The notes beneath the pieces are model-generated. The model made no database searches, was not told where the DNA came from, and worked only from the letters and a program-made list of their open reading frames with translations. Source: an uncultured Gemmatimonadales bacterium (GTDB lineage: Bacteria > Gemmatimonadota > Gemmatimonadetes > Gemmatimonadales > GWC2-71-9). From it: a stretch of 64,000 bases of DNA. The position numbers and the translations under genes were made by a program. Below are positions 47,054 to 56,728 of this stretch, in pieces. The stretch covers positions 64,001 to 128,000 of the forward strand of contig CAVSQW010000013.1 of the NCBI GenBank assembly GCA_963730185.1. Direction: 5' to 3'. Position 1 is the stretch's first letter. Each line of letters starts with the position of its first letter.

Positions 47054-49054
47054 ATGTATTTCCCCTCCCCGGCCCGCGTCGGCCCGACGCTCGGCTTCGC
47101 CCTGGGCCTCCTGTCCCTGGGGGCCTGCGCCTCGTCGACCGGGTCGAGTGCCGGTAGCCCGTCGCCGGTCGCCGACCTGTCCACCCGGCCGCCCAGCCCG
47201 GATCCCCGGGTGGGTCTCAAGCCCGGCCTCTTCGACGCGGCCCAGGCCACCTGGAACCTGCGGGTTCTCTCGGAGACCCGGCCGTCCGAGCAGTTCAAGG
47301 GGATCACCAACTCCGACCTGGCCTTCACCGGCAAGTTCGCGATCCAGGGCAGCTACAGCGGCTGGCAGATCTGGGACATCTCCAATCCCCGGTCGCCGCG
47401 GCTGGAAACGGCCTACCTCTGCCCGGCGTCGCAGAGCGACGTCTCGGTCTACCGGAACCTGCTCTTCGTGTCGGGCGAGGGCCTGAGCGGCCGGCTCGAT
47501 TGCGGGACCGAAGGCGTGTCGGAGGCGGTCAGCAAGGACCGGCTCCGCGGGCTTCGGATCTTCGACATCACCGACATCGCCCATCCGATCAACGTCGGCA
47601 ACGTCCAGACGTGCCGGGGCTCGCACACCCACACCGTGCTGGTCGATCCCAAGGACCAGGACAACGTCTACGTCTACATCTCGGGCTCGTCCGGGGTCCG
47701 CTCCGACGAGGAGCTGCCCGGGTGCGTCGGCGGGATGCCGGACGAGGATCCCAACACGGCCCTCTTCCGGATCGAGGTCATCAAGGTCCCCCTTGCGCAC
47801 CCGGACCAGGCCGCGATCGTGAGCTCGCCCCGGATCTTCAACGATCTGGCCGCGCCCCCGGTCCATGGCGAGGCCCCGGCCGACATCGCCGCGGCCCAGA
47901 AGGCGCTGGCCGACGCCAAGGCCCGGGGTGAGTTCGTTGCCGTGATGGGCGGCCGGGAGCGGCCTCTGCCGGCCCGGTTTACGACGCCCATGCTCGACAG
48001 CATCGTCCACGCGCGAGGCGGCTCGGGCACCGCCACCAGCGCCGACAGCGCCGCGCTCAGGGCCGTGCTCCCCGACATCATCAACAAGATGATGGGCGGC
48101 GCCAGCGCCAACCGGCGGCGGATGGGCCCGACCCAGTGCCACGACATCACCGTCTATCCGGCCATCGGCCTGGCCGGCGGCGCCTGCGGCGGCTATGGCC
48201 TGCTGCTCGACATCAGCGATCCCGCCCATCCGGTCCGGATCGGCGCGGTGGCCGACTCCAACTTCTCCTACTGGCACTCGGCCACCTTCAACAACGACGG
48301 GACCAAGGTGCTGTTCACGGACGAGTGGGGCGGCGGCGGTCAGCCCAAGTGCCGGGCGACCGACAGAAAGGAGTGGGGAGCCGACGCGGTCTTCACGCTC
48401 CAGCACCGCGAGATGCAGTTCAAGAGCTATTACAAGCTTTCCGCCCCGCAAACGCCGGAAGAGAACTGCGTGGCCCACAACGGCTCGCTGATTCCGATTC
48501 CGGGTCGCGACGTGATGGTTCAGGGCTGGTATCAGGGCGGCATCTCGGTCTTCGACTGGACCGACCCGTCGAACCCCCACGAGATCGCGTTCTTCGACCG
48601 CGGTCCGGTAGACGGCACCCACATGGTCATGGGTGGGTCGTGGTCGGTCTATTGGTACAACGGCGTGATCGTGAGCTCCGAGATCGCCCGCGGGCTCGAC
48701 ATCTTCGAGCTCACCCCGAGCGGCTGGCTGTCTCAGAACGAGATCGACGCGGCCAAGTCGGTCCATTTCGACTACCTCAACGCCCAGGGACAGCCGCACC
48801 TCAGCTGGCCCCCGACGTTCGCGCTTGCCCGGGCGTACGTCGATCAGCTGGAGCGCTCGCGCGGGCTCTCGTCCGGCCGGATCGCCGCGGTGCGGCAAGC
48901 GTTGGCCTCGGCGGAAAGGGCCGGCGGGTCGGCCCGGAGCGAGGCGCTGAACCGGCTGGCCGGCGAGCTCGACGGCGAGGGCTCGGGGTCGAGCGACGCG
49001 GGCAAGGTCCGGATGCTGACCGGCGCGGTGCGGAACCTGGCCTCGGTCCGGTAG
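47054..49054 (+). CDS. LVIVD-repeat lipoprotein
   Basis: LGAC lipobox; NSDLAF, repeated WDIS.P / FDIT..P / LDIS.P units, CRGSHTHT, CHDITV, CVAHNG. Confidence 0.85.
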   Translation: MYFPSPARVGPTLGFALGLLSLGACASSTGSSAGSPSPVADLSTRPPSPDPRVGLKPGLFDAAQATWNLRVLSETRPSEQFKGITNSDLAFTGKFAIQGSYSGWQIWDISNPRSPRLETAYLCPASQSDVSVYRNLLFVSGEGLSGRLDCGTEGVSEAVSKDRLRGLRIFDITDIAHPINVGNVQTCRGSHTHTVLVDPKDQDNVYVYISGSSGVRSDEELPGCVGGMPDEDPNTALFRIEVIKVPLAHPDQAAIVSSPRIFNDLAAPPVHGEAPADIAAAQKALADAKARGEFVAVMGGRERPLPARFTTPMLDSIVHARGGSGTATSADSAALRAVLPDIINKMMGGASANRRRMGPTQCHDITVYPAIGLAGGACGGYGLLLDISDPAHPVRIGAVADSNFSYWHSATFNNDGTKVLFTDEWGGGGQPKCRATDRKEWGADAVFTLQHREMQFKSYYKLSAPQTPEENCVAHNGSLIPIPGRDVMVQGWYQGGISVFDWTDPSNPHEIAFFDRGPVDGTHMVMGGSWSVYWYNGVIVSSEIARGLDIFELTPSGWLSQNEIDAAKSVHFDYLNAQGQPHLSWPPTFALARAYVDQLERSRGLSSGRIAAVRQALASAERAGGSARSEALNRLAGELDGEGSGSSDAGKVRMLTGAVRNLASVR

Positions 49055-49071
49055 CGCCGCGGCCCAAGGGG

Positions 49072-49122
49072 GCCGAACGCCAGCGGGGGCGCCGTCGATC
49101 GGCGCCCCCGCTGGCGTTCGGC
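49072..49122. terminator. Perfect 23-bp inverted repeat between convergent genes
   Basis: GCCGAACGCCAGCGGGGGCGCCG-TCGAT-CGGCGCCCCCGCTGGCGTTCGGC. Confidence 0.75.
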
Positions 49123-49130
49123 GTTCCGGG

Positions 49131-49856
49131 CTACGGAACCGGAAGGACCCGGTAGCGCACCTGGGTCCGAACCCCCTCCGGTACGACATCGCCGCCGAAG
49201 GACCGGGTCAACGACCGCCAATCGGTCCAGGCCGAATCGGCCCGCTTCGGCGAGGGCGCCAGCGGCAGGTCGAGGACCTGGGTAACCCGCTCGCTCCCGG
49301 GGTCCGGGCCGTAGCCGACCGAGAACGTCCGGTACCCCCGCGAGCGGAGGCGAGCCGAGCCGGGAACGATCACCGCGTCGCCGTCGACTCGGACGGAGTC
49401 GAAGGCGAGGTCGGCGTAGGCCCGGTCCGAGCTCGATACCACGACGCCGACCCGGAAGTCCCGCTCCCGAAGGCTGTCCCGGACGGGATACGCCGGCGGC
49501 AAACGGATCTCGAAGGCCAGGTTCAGCTCTTTGCCCTCCAGGGTGGGGGGACGGTCGGCGCTGAGCCAGGCCAGGCCGAGGGCGACTGCTACGAGGCCGA
49601 CGGTCGCGCCCCCGGCCACCCCGACCCGCGCCAGGCCCGCGGGGAAGCTCGTCACCGCCCGAGCCCGGGCCACCCGGACCCCGACCACGACGGTGAACCC
49701 AAGCGGGAGATAGACGAAGGCGATCAGCATGCCGCGACCGCCCTCCATGTTCGACACCCGGTGCCAGGTGGTGCCGAGATCGGCGGCGAACACGGTGAGG
49801 GCGGCGCCGAGGACGCCGTTGACGAGCCCGGCCAGCAGGGCAAGGGGCCAGGACAT
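49131..49856 (-). CDS. Hypothetical membrane protein
   Basis: GGAG RBS; three N-terminal TM helices with an EGGRG loop; soluble C-terminal domain. Confidence 0.7.
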   Translation of the reverse strand: MSWPLALLAGLVNGVLGAALTVFAADLGTTWHRVSNMEGGRGMLIAFVYLPLGFTVVVGVRVARARAVTSFPAGLARVGVAGGATVGLVAVALGLAWLSADRPPTLEGKELNLAFEIRLPPAYPVRDSLRERDFRVGVVVSSSDRAYADLAFDSVRVDGDAVIVPGSARLRSRGYRTFSVGYGPDPGSERVTQVLDLPLAPSPKRADSAWTDWRSLTRSFGGDVVPEGVRTQVRYRVLPVP

Positions 49857-49950
49857 CGGACAAATCTCCGGCCGCCCGGCCGCCCGTCAAGAGCCGACCC
49901 CGGCGTCCGTGGGTACATTCACCCCGCCCCCACGGAACAGGTGATTCCCG

Positions 49951-52341
49951 GTGACCGCGCCGACCAGCCGCGAAGACGAATGGCTCTGGGGTTGGGACCC
50001 GACCCCGGGGATCGTCTCGGTGTGGGCGGAGCCCGACGGGCGGACGATCGTGTGGCGCCGCCTCCCGGAGACGGGCGACCTGGTGCGCGAGGCGGAGCGG
50101 TTCCGCCCCTGGATCCTGCTCGACCGGCTCGACGATCTTCGCCATTTGGGCGACGAGCTCGGGCCGGATGGAGCCGGCTCGCGGGTGACCTATCGGGAGC
50201 TGGAGGGGCCGGGGGCGCTCCGCTATCTGGTCACCGCCGACCACGTTCGCCGGCTCGTCTCGGCCGTCGTCACCGGAGCGTCACGCCGGCTGGGCCGGCC
50301 GATCGGTCACCCCCGCGACCTCGGGCACGAGGCGGCTCTGCTGCTACCTCCCGAGGAGCAGTATCTGGTCGCGACCGGCCGCACCTACTTTCGCGACCTG
50401 CCATTCGACCGTCTCCACCGGCTCCAGTTCGATCTCGAGACGACCGGGCTGGATCCCGAGCGGCACCGGATCTTCATGGTCGCGGTCCGCGATCCCTCCG
50501 GGGCGACCGAGGTGCTGGAAGTGACCGGCCCGGGCGACGCACCCGAGGCCGATCTGATCCAGCGGTTGGCCGAGCGGGTCCGGGCGGCCGATCCCGACGT
50601 GATCGAGAATCACAATCTTCACGGGTTCGACCTCCCCTTTCTCGACCGCCGGTCCAGGAAGCTCGGCGTTCCCCTGGTGCTGGGGCGCCTCGACCGGCTC
50701 GGCGTCCGCCAGCGGGCGGCCCGCCGCGGTGCCGCGAGCGACCGCGAGGAGGGGATGCGGATTCGGTTCGTGGTCCCGGGACGGGAGCTCATCGATACCC
50801 TCGACGCCGTCCGGCGGTACGACTTCGCGACCCGCGAGCTGCCCGGACACGGCCTGAAAGCGGTGGCCCGCCACCTGGGACTGGCGAGCCCCGACCGGGA
50901 GTACGTCCGGGGCGACCAGATCCACCGGACCTGGCGCAGCGATCCGAAGCGGATCAGGCGCTATGCCACCGACGACGTCGAGGAGGTGGCCGCGCTGGCC
51001 CGGGTGCTGGGCGGCGCCGCGTTCGCCCTGGCCCGGATGGCGCCCCGGCGCTACGAGCGGCTGGCCGACGCCGGCGCGGCCACCGGGGTAATCGACCCGA
51101 TGCTGGTCCGGGCCTATCTCCGAAGCGGCGCCGCGCTCCCGGCGCACCAGCCCGGGGACGGAACCGAGCACAGCGGCGCGGCGCTGCACCTGTTCGCCAC
51201 CGGCGTGGCCCACCGGGTGGTCAAGGCCGACGTGGCGAGCCTCTACCCGTCGCTGATGCGGGCCTACCGGATCGGGCCGTCTCGCGACCAGCTGGGGGCG
51301 CTCCTCGCCCTGGTCGATCGCCTGGTTGAACGACGCCTGGCCGAGAAAGCGAGCGCCCGCGCGGCCCCGCCCGGCTCGGCCGAACGCTACACGCACGAGG
51401 CGACCTCGGCCGCGATGAAGCTGGTGGTCAACTCCGCCTACGGCTACCTAGCGGCCGGCGGCGACCTGACCCGGTTCGCCGACGTGCATGCCGCGAACGA
51501 GGTGACGCGTCGAGGGCGGGAGACGCTCGCGTTGATGTGCCGGGAGCTCGCCGCCCGCGGAGTCACCCTCCTCGAAGCCGACACCGACGGCGTCTACTTT
51601 GCCGTGCCCGGGTCCTGGTCCGAGGCCGACGAGCGACGGGTGGTCGACGAGGTCGCCGGCCTGCTGCCGTCCCTGGTCCAGCTGGAGTTCGAAGGGCGCT
51701 ACGCCGCGATGCTCTCCCACGAGCCGAAGAACTACGCCCTCCTCGGCTACGACGGCACCCTCGTGCTCCGCGGGGTCGCCTTCCGCTCGAGCCGAGCCGA
51801 GCCTTTCGGCGAGGCGTTTCTCCGTCGGGCCATCGGCAGGCTGCTGGTGGGCGACGTGGTCGGGGTGCGCGACGAGTACCTGGCGACCGCCGCGGCCCTC
51901 CGCCGGCGGGAGCTCTCGACCCGGGAGGTGTCGTCGCGGGTGCGGCTCACCAAGACGCCCGCCCGCTATCACGAGGTCCGCCCTGAGCGGCGGGAGCTTC
52001 CCTACGAGGCCCTGCTCGCCAGCGGCCGGACGGCCTGGCGCTTGGGTGAGAAGATCCGGGTCTATCGCCGGGGCAACGGGCTCGGCGGAGTGGTCACCGA
52101 CCTCGAGGACGAGGTGGTGGGCGGCGACCCTCGAGACTACGACGTGGAGCACTATCTCCGGGTCTTACGCGACAACTTCACGACCCGGCTGGCCCGGGCC
52201 TTCAGCCCCGAGGACTTCGCGGTGGTGTTCGCCGATCCGGACCAGCCGTCGCTCTTCGCGCCGACGCTCGACACGATCCGGCCGATTCTCCGTACGATCG
52301 CTGGCCCGTCGGTCGACCCGCCGGCTCGAGTGCCGGGATGA
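49951..52341 (+). CDS. Family B DNA polymerase with a 3'-5' exonuclease domain
   Basis: ExoI FDLETTG, ExoII HNLHGFDLPFL, ExoIII YATDDV; polymerase motifs DVASLYPS, KLVVNSAYGY, EADTDG, KNYA. Confidence 0.92.
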   Translation: MTAPTSREDEWLWGWDPTPGIVSVWAEPDGRTIVWRRLPETGDLVREAERFRPWILLDRLDDLRHLGDELGPDGAGSRVTYRELEGPGALRYLVTADHVRRLVSAVVTGASRRLGRPIGHPRDLGHEAALLLPPEEQYLVATGRTYFRDLPFDRLHRLQFDLETTGLDPERHRIFMVAVRDPSGATEVLEVTGPGDAPEADLIQRLAERVRAADPDVIENHNLHGFDLPFLDRRSRKLGVPLVLGRLDRLGVRQRAARRGAASDREEGMRIRFVVPGRELIDTLDAVRRYDFATRELPGHGLKAVARHLGLASPDREYVRGDQIHRTWRSDPKRIRRYATDDVEEVAALARVLGGAAFALARMAPRRYERLADAGAATGVIDPMLVRAYLRSGAALPAHQPGDGTEHSGAALHLFATGVAHRVVKADVASLYPSLMRAYRIGPSRDQLGALLALVDRLVERRLAEKASARAAPPGSAERYTHEATSAAMKLVVNSAYGYLAAGGDLTRFADVHAANEVTRRGRETLALMCRELAARGVTLLEADTDGVYFAVPGSWSEADERRVVDEVAGLLPSLVQLEFEGRYAAMLSHEPKNYALLGYDGTLVLRGVAFRSSRAEPFGEAFLRRAIGRLLVGDVVGVRDEYLATAAALRRRELSTREVSSRVRLTKTPARYHEVRPERRELPYEALLASGRTAWRLGEKIRVYRRGNGLGGVVTDLEDEVVGGDPRDYDVEHYLRVLRDNFTTRLARAFSPEDFAVVFADPDQPSLFAPTLDTIRPILRTIAGPSVDPPARVPG

Positions 52342-52350
52342 CCTCGAACC

Positions 52351-52818
52351 CGCCTCGGCAATCGCGACCCCATCACTTGGCGGAGCCTGGTTTGGGAGGG
52401 CGGCGACTGGCTGCTCTACGCTCTGCTCACCCCGGCCGTCTTCTGGACGGCGCGGCGATACCCGCTCGCTCGAGGCCGGGTCGGGTCCCGGATTCTGATT
52501 CACCTCGCTGCCTCGATCGTGCTCTGGCGCCGCCTGGGCCGGCGGCGGAGTGCTGCTCCGGTGGCTGCTCCTCGCGGCCGACCCACCGAGCCTTCGGGGC
52601 CTGGCGCTGATCGTGTCGCTGGTCCGCCCGGGGTTCGTCAGTCCCTGGCTCTTCCAGAACCACCCGATGGGGGCTTCCCCGGCTCCCGAAGGCTATGCCT
52701 GGACCCTGCCGCTCCTGTATCTGGTCTGGGCGGTGGCTATTCTGATCCTCTACCTCCCTGCCGCTGGTTCGCGGACCTCAAATCGCGGCAGAAGGGTCCC
52801 TGGCTCAGCTATCTGTAG
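52351..52818 (+). pseudogene. Chimeric remnant: sensor-kinase-like TM fragment joined to the C-terminus of a DUF1624-like membrane protein
   Basis: No start codon. DWLLYALLTPAVFWTARRYPL..IHLAAS, then after frameshifts GYAWTLPLLYLVW..LYL(P)CRWFADLKSRQKGPWLSYL*. Confidence 0.55.
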
Positions 52819-52930
52819 ATGAGGTGCGCGTCGAATCTGCCGGCGGGTCGCGGGTTCGAGGTCGGGGGTCCGGCTGGGAAAGCGGGTTACCGTCGGTCGG
52901 CCGTCGAGTAGCACCGGCGGTGCCCGACCG

Positions 52931-54466
52931 TCAGATCGCCGCCCCTCCCGAGGCCCGCCGCCGATTGGATCGCCGTTCGGCGCGAGCTGAATCCCGTCCG
53001 ATGGTCCGGACGCCGCCGAGCGAGATCAAGGCGCCGATCAGCGCGGCGGACGGGAGCACCAGCACCGCGGTGGAGAGCCCGAAGTGGTCGGAGAGCGACC
53101 CCACCAGCGGGAACGCGATGGAGTCCCCCGCGATGTGGATGAACATCAGGTAGGCGCCGACCACCGTCGTGCCGATCCGGGCCGGTACCACGTCGAAGAT
53201 CGTGGCCGTGAGGGGGCCGTTGTACCAGGTCAGGAAGAAGAACGCCGCGTAGAAGATCGGGACGACCAGGTGTGGCGTCCGGAGAGTCAGGAGCCAGATG
53301 GCGAGCGGCGCGCCGATCAGGAACCCGAAGGCCGTCACCAGGATCCGGGCGCTCGGAAATCGCTTGCGAAGCGAGTCGGCCAGCCACCCGCCGACGAGCG
53401 TGCCCGCGGTGCCCGCCAGCAGGCCTGCCAGTCCGAGGAGCCGGGTGGCCTCGGTGGTGGTGAGGCCGAGCGTCCGGGTTATGAACGCCGGCGCCCACGC
53501 CACCAGTCCGTTCATGCCGAACGAGATCAGTGCCCCGCCCGCGAACACGTACACCAGCGTCGGCGTCCCCAGCACGACGGAGAAGGCCCGGCGGATATCG
53601 TCGATCGCGGCGTCGATCACCGCGTCGCCCGCGTCGCGCTCCTCGCCGGCCTTGGCCCGGGTTCGCCGGAGCCAGAGCCGGATGTTGAAGATCAGGCCGA
53701 TGCCCACGATCGCGCTGAACGCGGCCGCGTCGGTCCGCGAGTCGGCGCCGTAGCGCTGATCCAGGACGTAGGCCAGCAGGGTTCCCGCGACCAGGCTCAG
53801 GAGGAGCGGCGCGATCGTACCGAGCAGGGCCGTTACCCCCATCCCCAGCTCCCGGAGCTCCCGGGTGAGCGACAGGTTCGGGAAGCTCCGGCTCGGATCG
53901 GTGAGCCGGAGCACCAAAGCGCCGATCCCGAAGCCGGGAAGGCCCAAGGCGAAGAACGTCACCCGCCATCCGTAGAGCGCCTCGAGCTGACCGGCGAGCA
54001 GAATGCCCAGGACGCCGCCCACCGCCAGGCCGGTCATGAAGATCCCCATCGCGAAGGCGCGCCGCTTGGGGAAGTAGTCGGCCACCAGCGAGGTCGACGC
54101 GGCCGCCGCGGCGGCGCCGCCCAGGCCCACCAGCGCTCGGGCGATGAAGAGCGACCGGAACCCGAGCGCCAGTCCCGAGAGCGAGGTCGCCACGCTCCAG
54201 AGCGCGATGCCGCCGGCGATCACCGCCCGCCGGGTGCGGAGGTCGCCGAGGAGGCCCAGGGGGAGGGAGGCGATCGAGAAGACCAGCACATAGGCCGTGC
54301 CCAACCATCCGAGCTGGGCGTCGGTGAGCGAGAGATCGCGTTTGAGCGGCTCGAAGAGCGCGAAGACCGCGTTCCGCTCGAGGTAGTTGAGGAGGTTGGT
54401 GACGGTGAGGAGGACCAGGGCGTACGAGGCGTAGCGCTTGGTCACCGCCGCCGGCGCCTCGGTCAC
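52931..54466 (-). CDS. MFS transporter (spinster-like)
   Basis: [21 protein letters not shown]...RR, ADYFP.RR, GGWLAD; GTGA-coupled to the upstream gene. Confidence 0.9.
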   Translation of the reverse strand: MTEAPAAVTKRYASYALVLLTVTNLLNYLERNAVFALFEPLKRDLSLTDAQLGWLGTAYVLVFSIASLPLGLLGDLRTRRAVIAGGIALWSVATSLSGLALGFRSLFIARALVGLGGAAAAAASTSLVADYFPKRRAFAMGIFMTGLAVGGVLGILLAGQLEALYGWRVTFFALGLPGFGIGALVLRLTDPSRSFPNLSLTRELRELGMGVTALLGTIAPLLLSLVAGTLLAYVLDQRYGADSRTDAAAFSAIVGIGLIFNIRLWLRRTRAKAGEERDAGDAVIDAAIDDIRRAFSVVLGTPTLVYVFAGGALISFGMNGLVAWAPAFITRTLGLTTTEATRLLGLAGLLAGTAGTLVGGWLADSLRKRFPSARILVTAFGFLIGAPLAIWLLTLRTPHLVVPIFYAAFFFLTWYNGPLTATIFDVVPARIGTTVVGAYLMFIHIAGDSIAFPLVGSLSDHFGLSTAVLVLPSAALIGALISLGGVRTIGRDSARAERRSNRRRASGGAAI

Positions 54467-55608
54467 GTCTCGCCCGCCGTCTTGGCCTTGCGAGCCCGGT
54501 CGTCGCGGAACGCCAGGGCCGAGCGATACTCGTCCACCAGCCGCTTCATCATCGCCTCCCGGTGGTCGTAGAGCCGTTTGACCGGCCGGCTTTCCCTTTT
54601 CGCCTTGGCGTAGGCCGTCAGCAGTGGGAGGGCGACGGTATTGTCGAGATAGCAGACAACGGTCCCCGGCAGCATCGCGGGATCGACCTTGCCCCAGCTT
54701 ACCGCCTCGCCCGGCGTGGCGCCCGAGAGCCCGCCGGTGTCCGGGCGGGCGTCGGTCATCTGGAGGAAGTAGTCGTGGCCCCGCTCGTCGATCCCGAGCA
54801 CCTCCTGGATCTGCGGTTCGGTCTGGAGCAGGAAGTTCTTGGGGCTGCCGCCGCCCACGATCAGGGCGCCGCTCTTGCCACCGGTCCGCTTGGCCTCGAG
54901 CACGATCGCGGCCGTCTCGTTCACGTCGGCGCTCACGTCGAACCGGAGCTTGCTGCCGGCCAGCGCCTGCTCGGCCACGTTCATTCCGATCGAGCTGTCA
55001 CCGGGGGAGCTGGTGTAGATCGGCACGGCGAGCTCGTGCGCCACGCTCAGCACCGAACGCTTGGCCAGGCCCAGGGCCTTCTCTCGCTCCCCGATGTAGC
55101 CGCCCAGGAGGTAGTGGTACTCGGCGCTGCTCATCGCCCGCTGGAACTCCGGCCGTTCGGACACCTCGCGGACGAACGCGTCGGTCGAGAGCAGGACCTG
55201 GTAGTCGAAGAAGATGTCGTAGATCCGGACCACGCCCTGCTCGCGGAGCGCGACGTCGTCGGCGAACGGGCTGCCCCGGTGGAGCGAGAGGCCCAGCGCG
55301 AAGTGAGCGTCGTGGTAAAGATTGGCGCCGGTGGAGATGACCCAGTCGACGAACCCGGCCTCGAGCAGGGGGATGAGGGTGCTCATCCCGAGACCGGCCG
55401 GCGTCATCGCTCCGGTCAGACTCATCCCGACCGTCACCTCGGGGGCCAGCATCCGCTCGGTGAAGAGCTGGCACGCCTCGCGAAGCCGGCCCGCGTTGTA
55501 GGCCAGGAAGGCGTTGTCGATCAGCTCGGCCACGGTTTCCCGGCCGGTGATCGCGGTGGGGTCGATGCGCGGGCCGCTCAGGTGCCGGGGGCGCTGGGGT
55601 GGAGTCAT
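54463..55608 (-). CDS. Deoxyhypusine-synthase-like protein (likely homospermidine biosynthesis, SpeY-like)
   Basis: [42 protein letters not shown] (catalytic Lys). Confidence 0.9.
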   Translation of the reverse strand: MTPPQRPRHLSGPRIDPTAITGRETVAELIDNAFLAYNAGRLREACQLFTERMLAPEVTVGMSLTGAMTPAGLGMSTLIPLLEAGFVDWVISTGANLYHDAHFALGLSLHRGSPFADDVALREQGVVRIYDIFFDYQVLLSTDAFVREVSERPEFQRAMSSAEYHYLLGGYIGEREKALGLAKRSVLSVAHELAVPIYTSSPGDSSIGMNVAEQALAGSKLRFDVSADVNETAAIVLEAKRTGGKSGALIVGGGSPKNFLLQTEPQIQEVLGIDERGHDYFLQMTDARPDTGGLSGATPGEAVSWGKVDPAMLPGTVVCYLDNTVALPLLTAYAKAKRESRPVKRLYDHREAMMKRLVDEYRSALAFRDDRARKAKTAGET

Positions 55609-55633
55609 GCGCGCTGCCTTCGTGGTCGAGGGG

Positions 55634-56356
55634 TCAAGACTGGCGGGCCCCGATGATGCAGTCGGCCGCCTGGGTTGGGTCGTCCATCACCCGAAAGAGC
55701 GCCAGGTCGCCGGCGTCGATCTTGCCCTCACCCGCCAGCGTCTGCCGGAGCCAGTCGATCAACGGTGCCCAGTAGGCCGAGCCGTAGAGGATGACCGGTA
55801 TTTTCCGCATCTTGCCGGTCTGCATCAAGGTCAGGAACTCGAACAGCTCATCCAGGGTGCCGTATCCGCCGGGGAACGCGATCAGCGCCCGGGAGTACTT
55901 GGCCAGCATGGTCTTCCGGACGAAGAAGAAGCGAAAGAACATCTTCCGGCGAACGTACGGGTTGGTGCCCTCTTCGTGCGGCAGCTCGATGTTGCAGCCG
56001 ATCGAAAGGCCGTCACCCGCGACCGCGCCCTTGTTGGCGGCTTCCATGATGCCGGGCCCGCCGCCGGTGATCACCGGCAGACCGGCCCGGGCCAGGAGCT
56101 CCGCGGTGCGCTCCGCCGCCTCGTAGAACGGGTCGTCGGCCGAGACCCGGGCCGAACCGATGATGGTCACCGCGTCCCGGACGTCGCTCAGGCGCTCGAA
56201 ACCCTCGACGAACTCGCCCATGATCCGAAGCACCCGCCAGGGGTCGGTCTTGCGGAACGCGTCGGGGGCCTCGGGCGGATGCGCCGCGTCGAAGAGGATC
56301 TCGTCGGCGGTCGGGCCGCGGGGGTTGGCGCTGTGCTCGAGCGAGCGATCTGTCAC
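55634..56356 (-). CDS. LOG-family (Rossmann-fold) nucleotide phosphoribohydrolase
   Basis: [37 protein letters not shown] before GTG 56356. Confidence 0.92.
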   Translation of the reverse strand: MTDRSLEHSANPRGPTADEILFDAAHPPEAPDAFRKTDPWRVLRIMGEFVEGFERLSDVRDAVTIIGSARVSADDPFYEAAERTAELLARAGLPVITGGGPGIMEAANKGAVAGDGLSIGCNIELPHEEGTNPYVRRKMFFRFFFVRKTMLAKYSRALIAFPGGYGTLDELFEFLTLMQTGKMRKIPVILYGSAYWAPLIDWLRQTLAGEGKIDAGDLALFRVMDDPTQAADCIIGARQS

Positions 56357-56431
56357 GGGTACTCTCTCCGAGGAATCGCGGAATATAAGCGTCTGCGCTC
56401 GCGCCACGACGCCAGTATCTTTCAGGGACCG

Positions 56432-56728
56432 ATGCCAGCGTCGTCCTCCGCCTCCGCCCCGGCCCCCTCGCCGCCGACCTGGGCCGGGCTCGTCATGGCC
56501 CTCGCCTTCCGAGGCTTGGTGCGCCCGAGGTTGGCCCTGGACCTGCTCCGGGCCGCCTGGGCGTTCCGCCGGCGTGGCTGGTGGCGCCTGCCCCCCTTCG
56601 TGCCCCTGCCGGACCGGACCTATCTCCGCTGGCGGATGTACACCGCCTACGGCAGCGAGGACGCCGTCCCCCCGGTCGAGGACGTGGTTCGCTTCGCCCG
56701 CTGGCGGCGGGAGACGATGCGCCTCTGA
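56432..56728 (+). CDS. Small hypothetical protein
   Basis: W.FRRR.WW..PPF.P.P...YL.WR.YTAYG motif; TGATG coupling to ndh. Confidence 0.7.
   Translation: MPASSSASAPAPSPPTWAGLVMALAFRGLVRPRLALDLLRAAWAFRRRGWWRLPPFVPLPDRTYLRWRMYTAYGSEDAVPPVEDVVRFARWRRETMRL

Noticed and set aside
49951..52341. polB as the marker of a prophage, casposon or pipolin
   Set aside because: No integrase, Cas1, structural genes, terminal repeats or evident composition shift.
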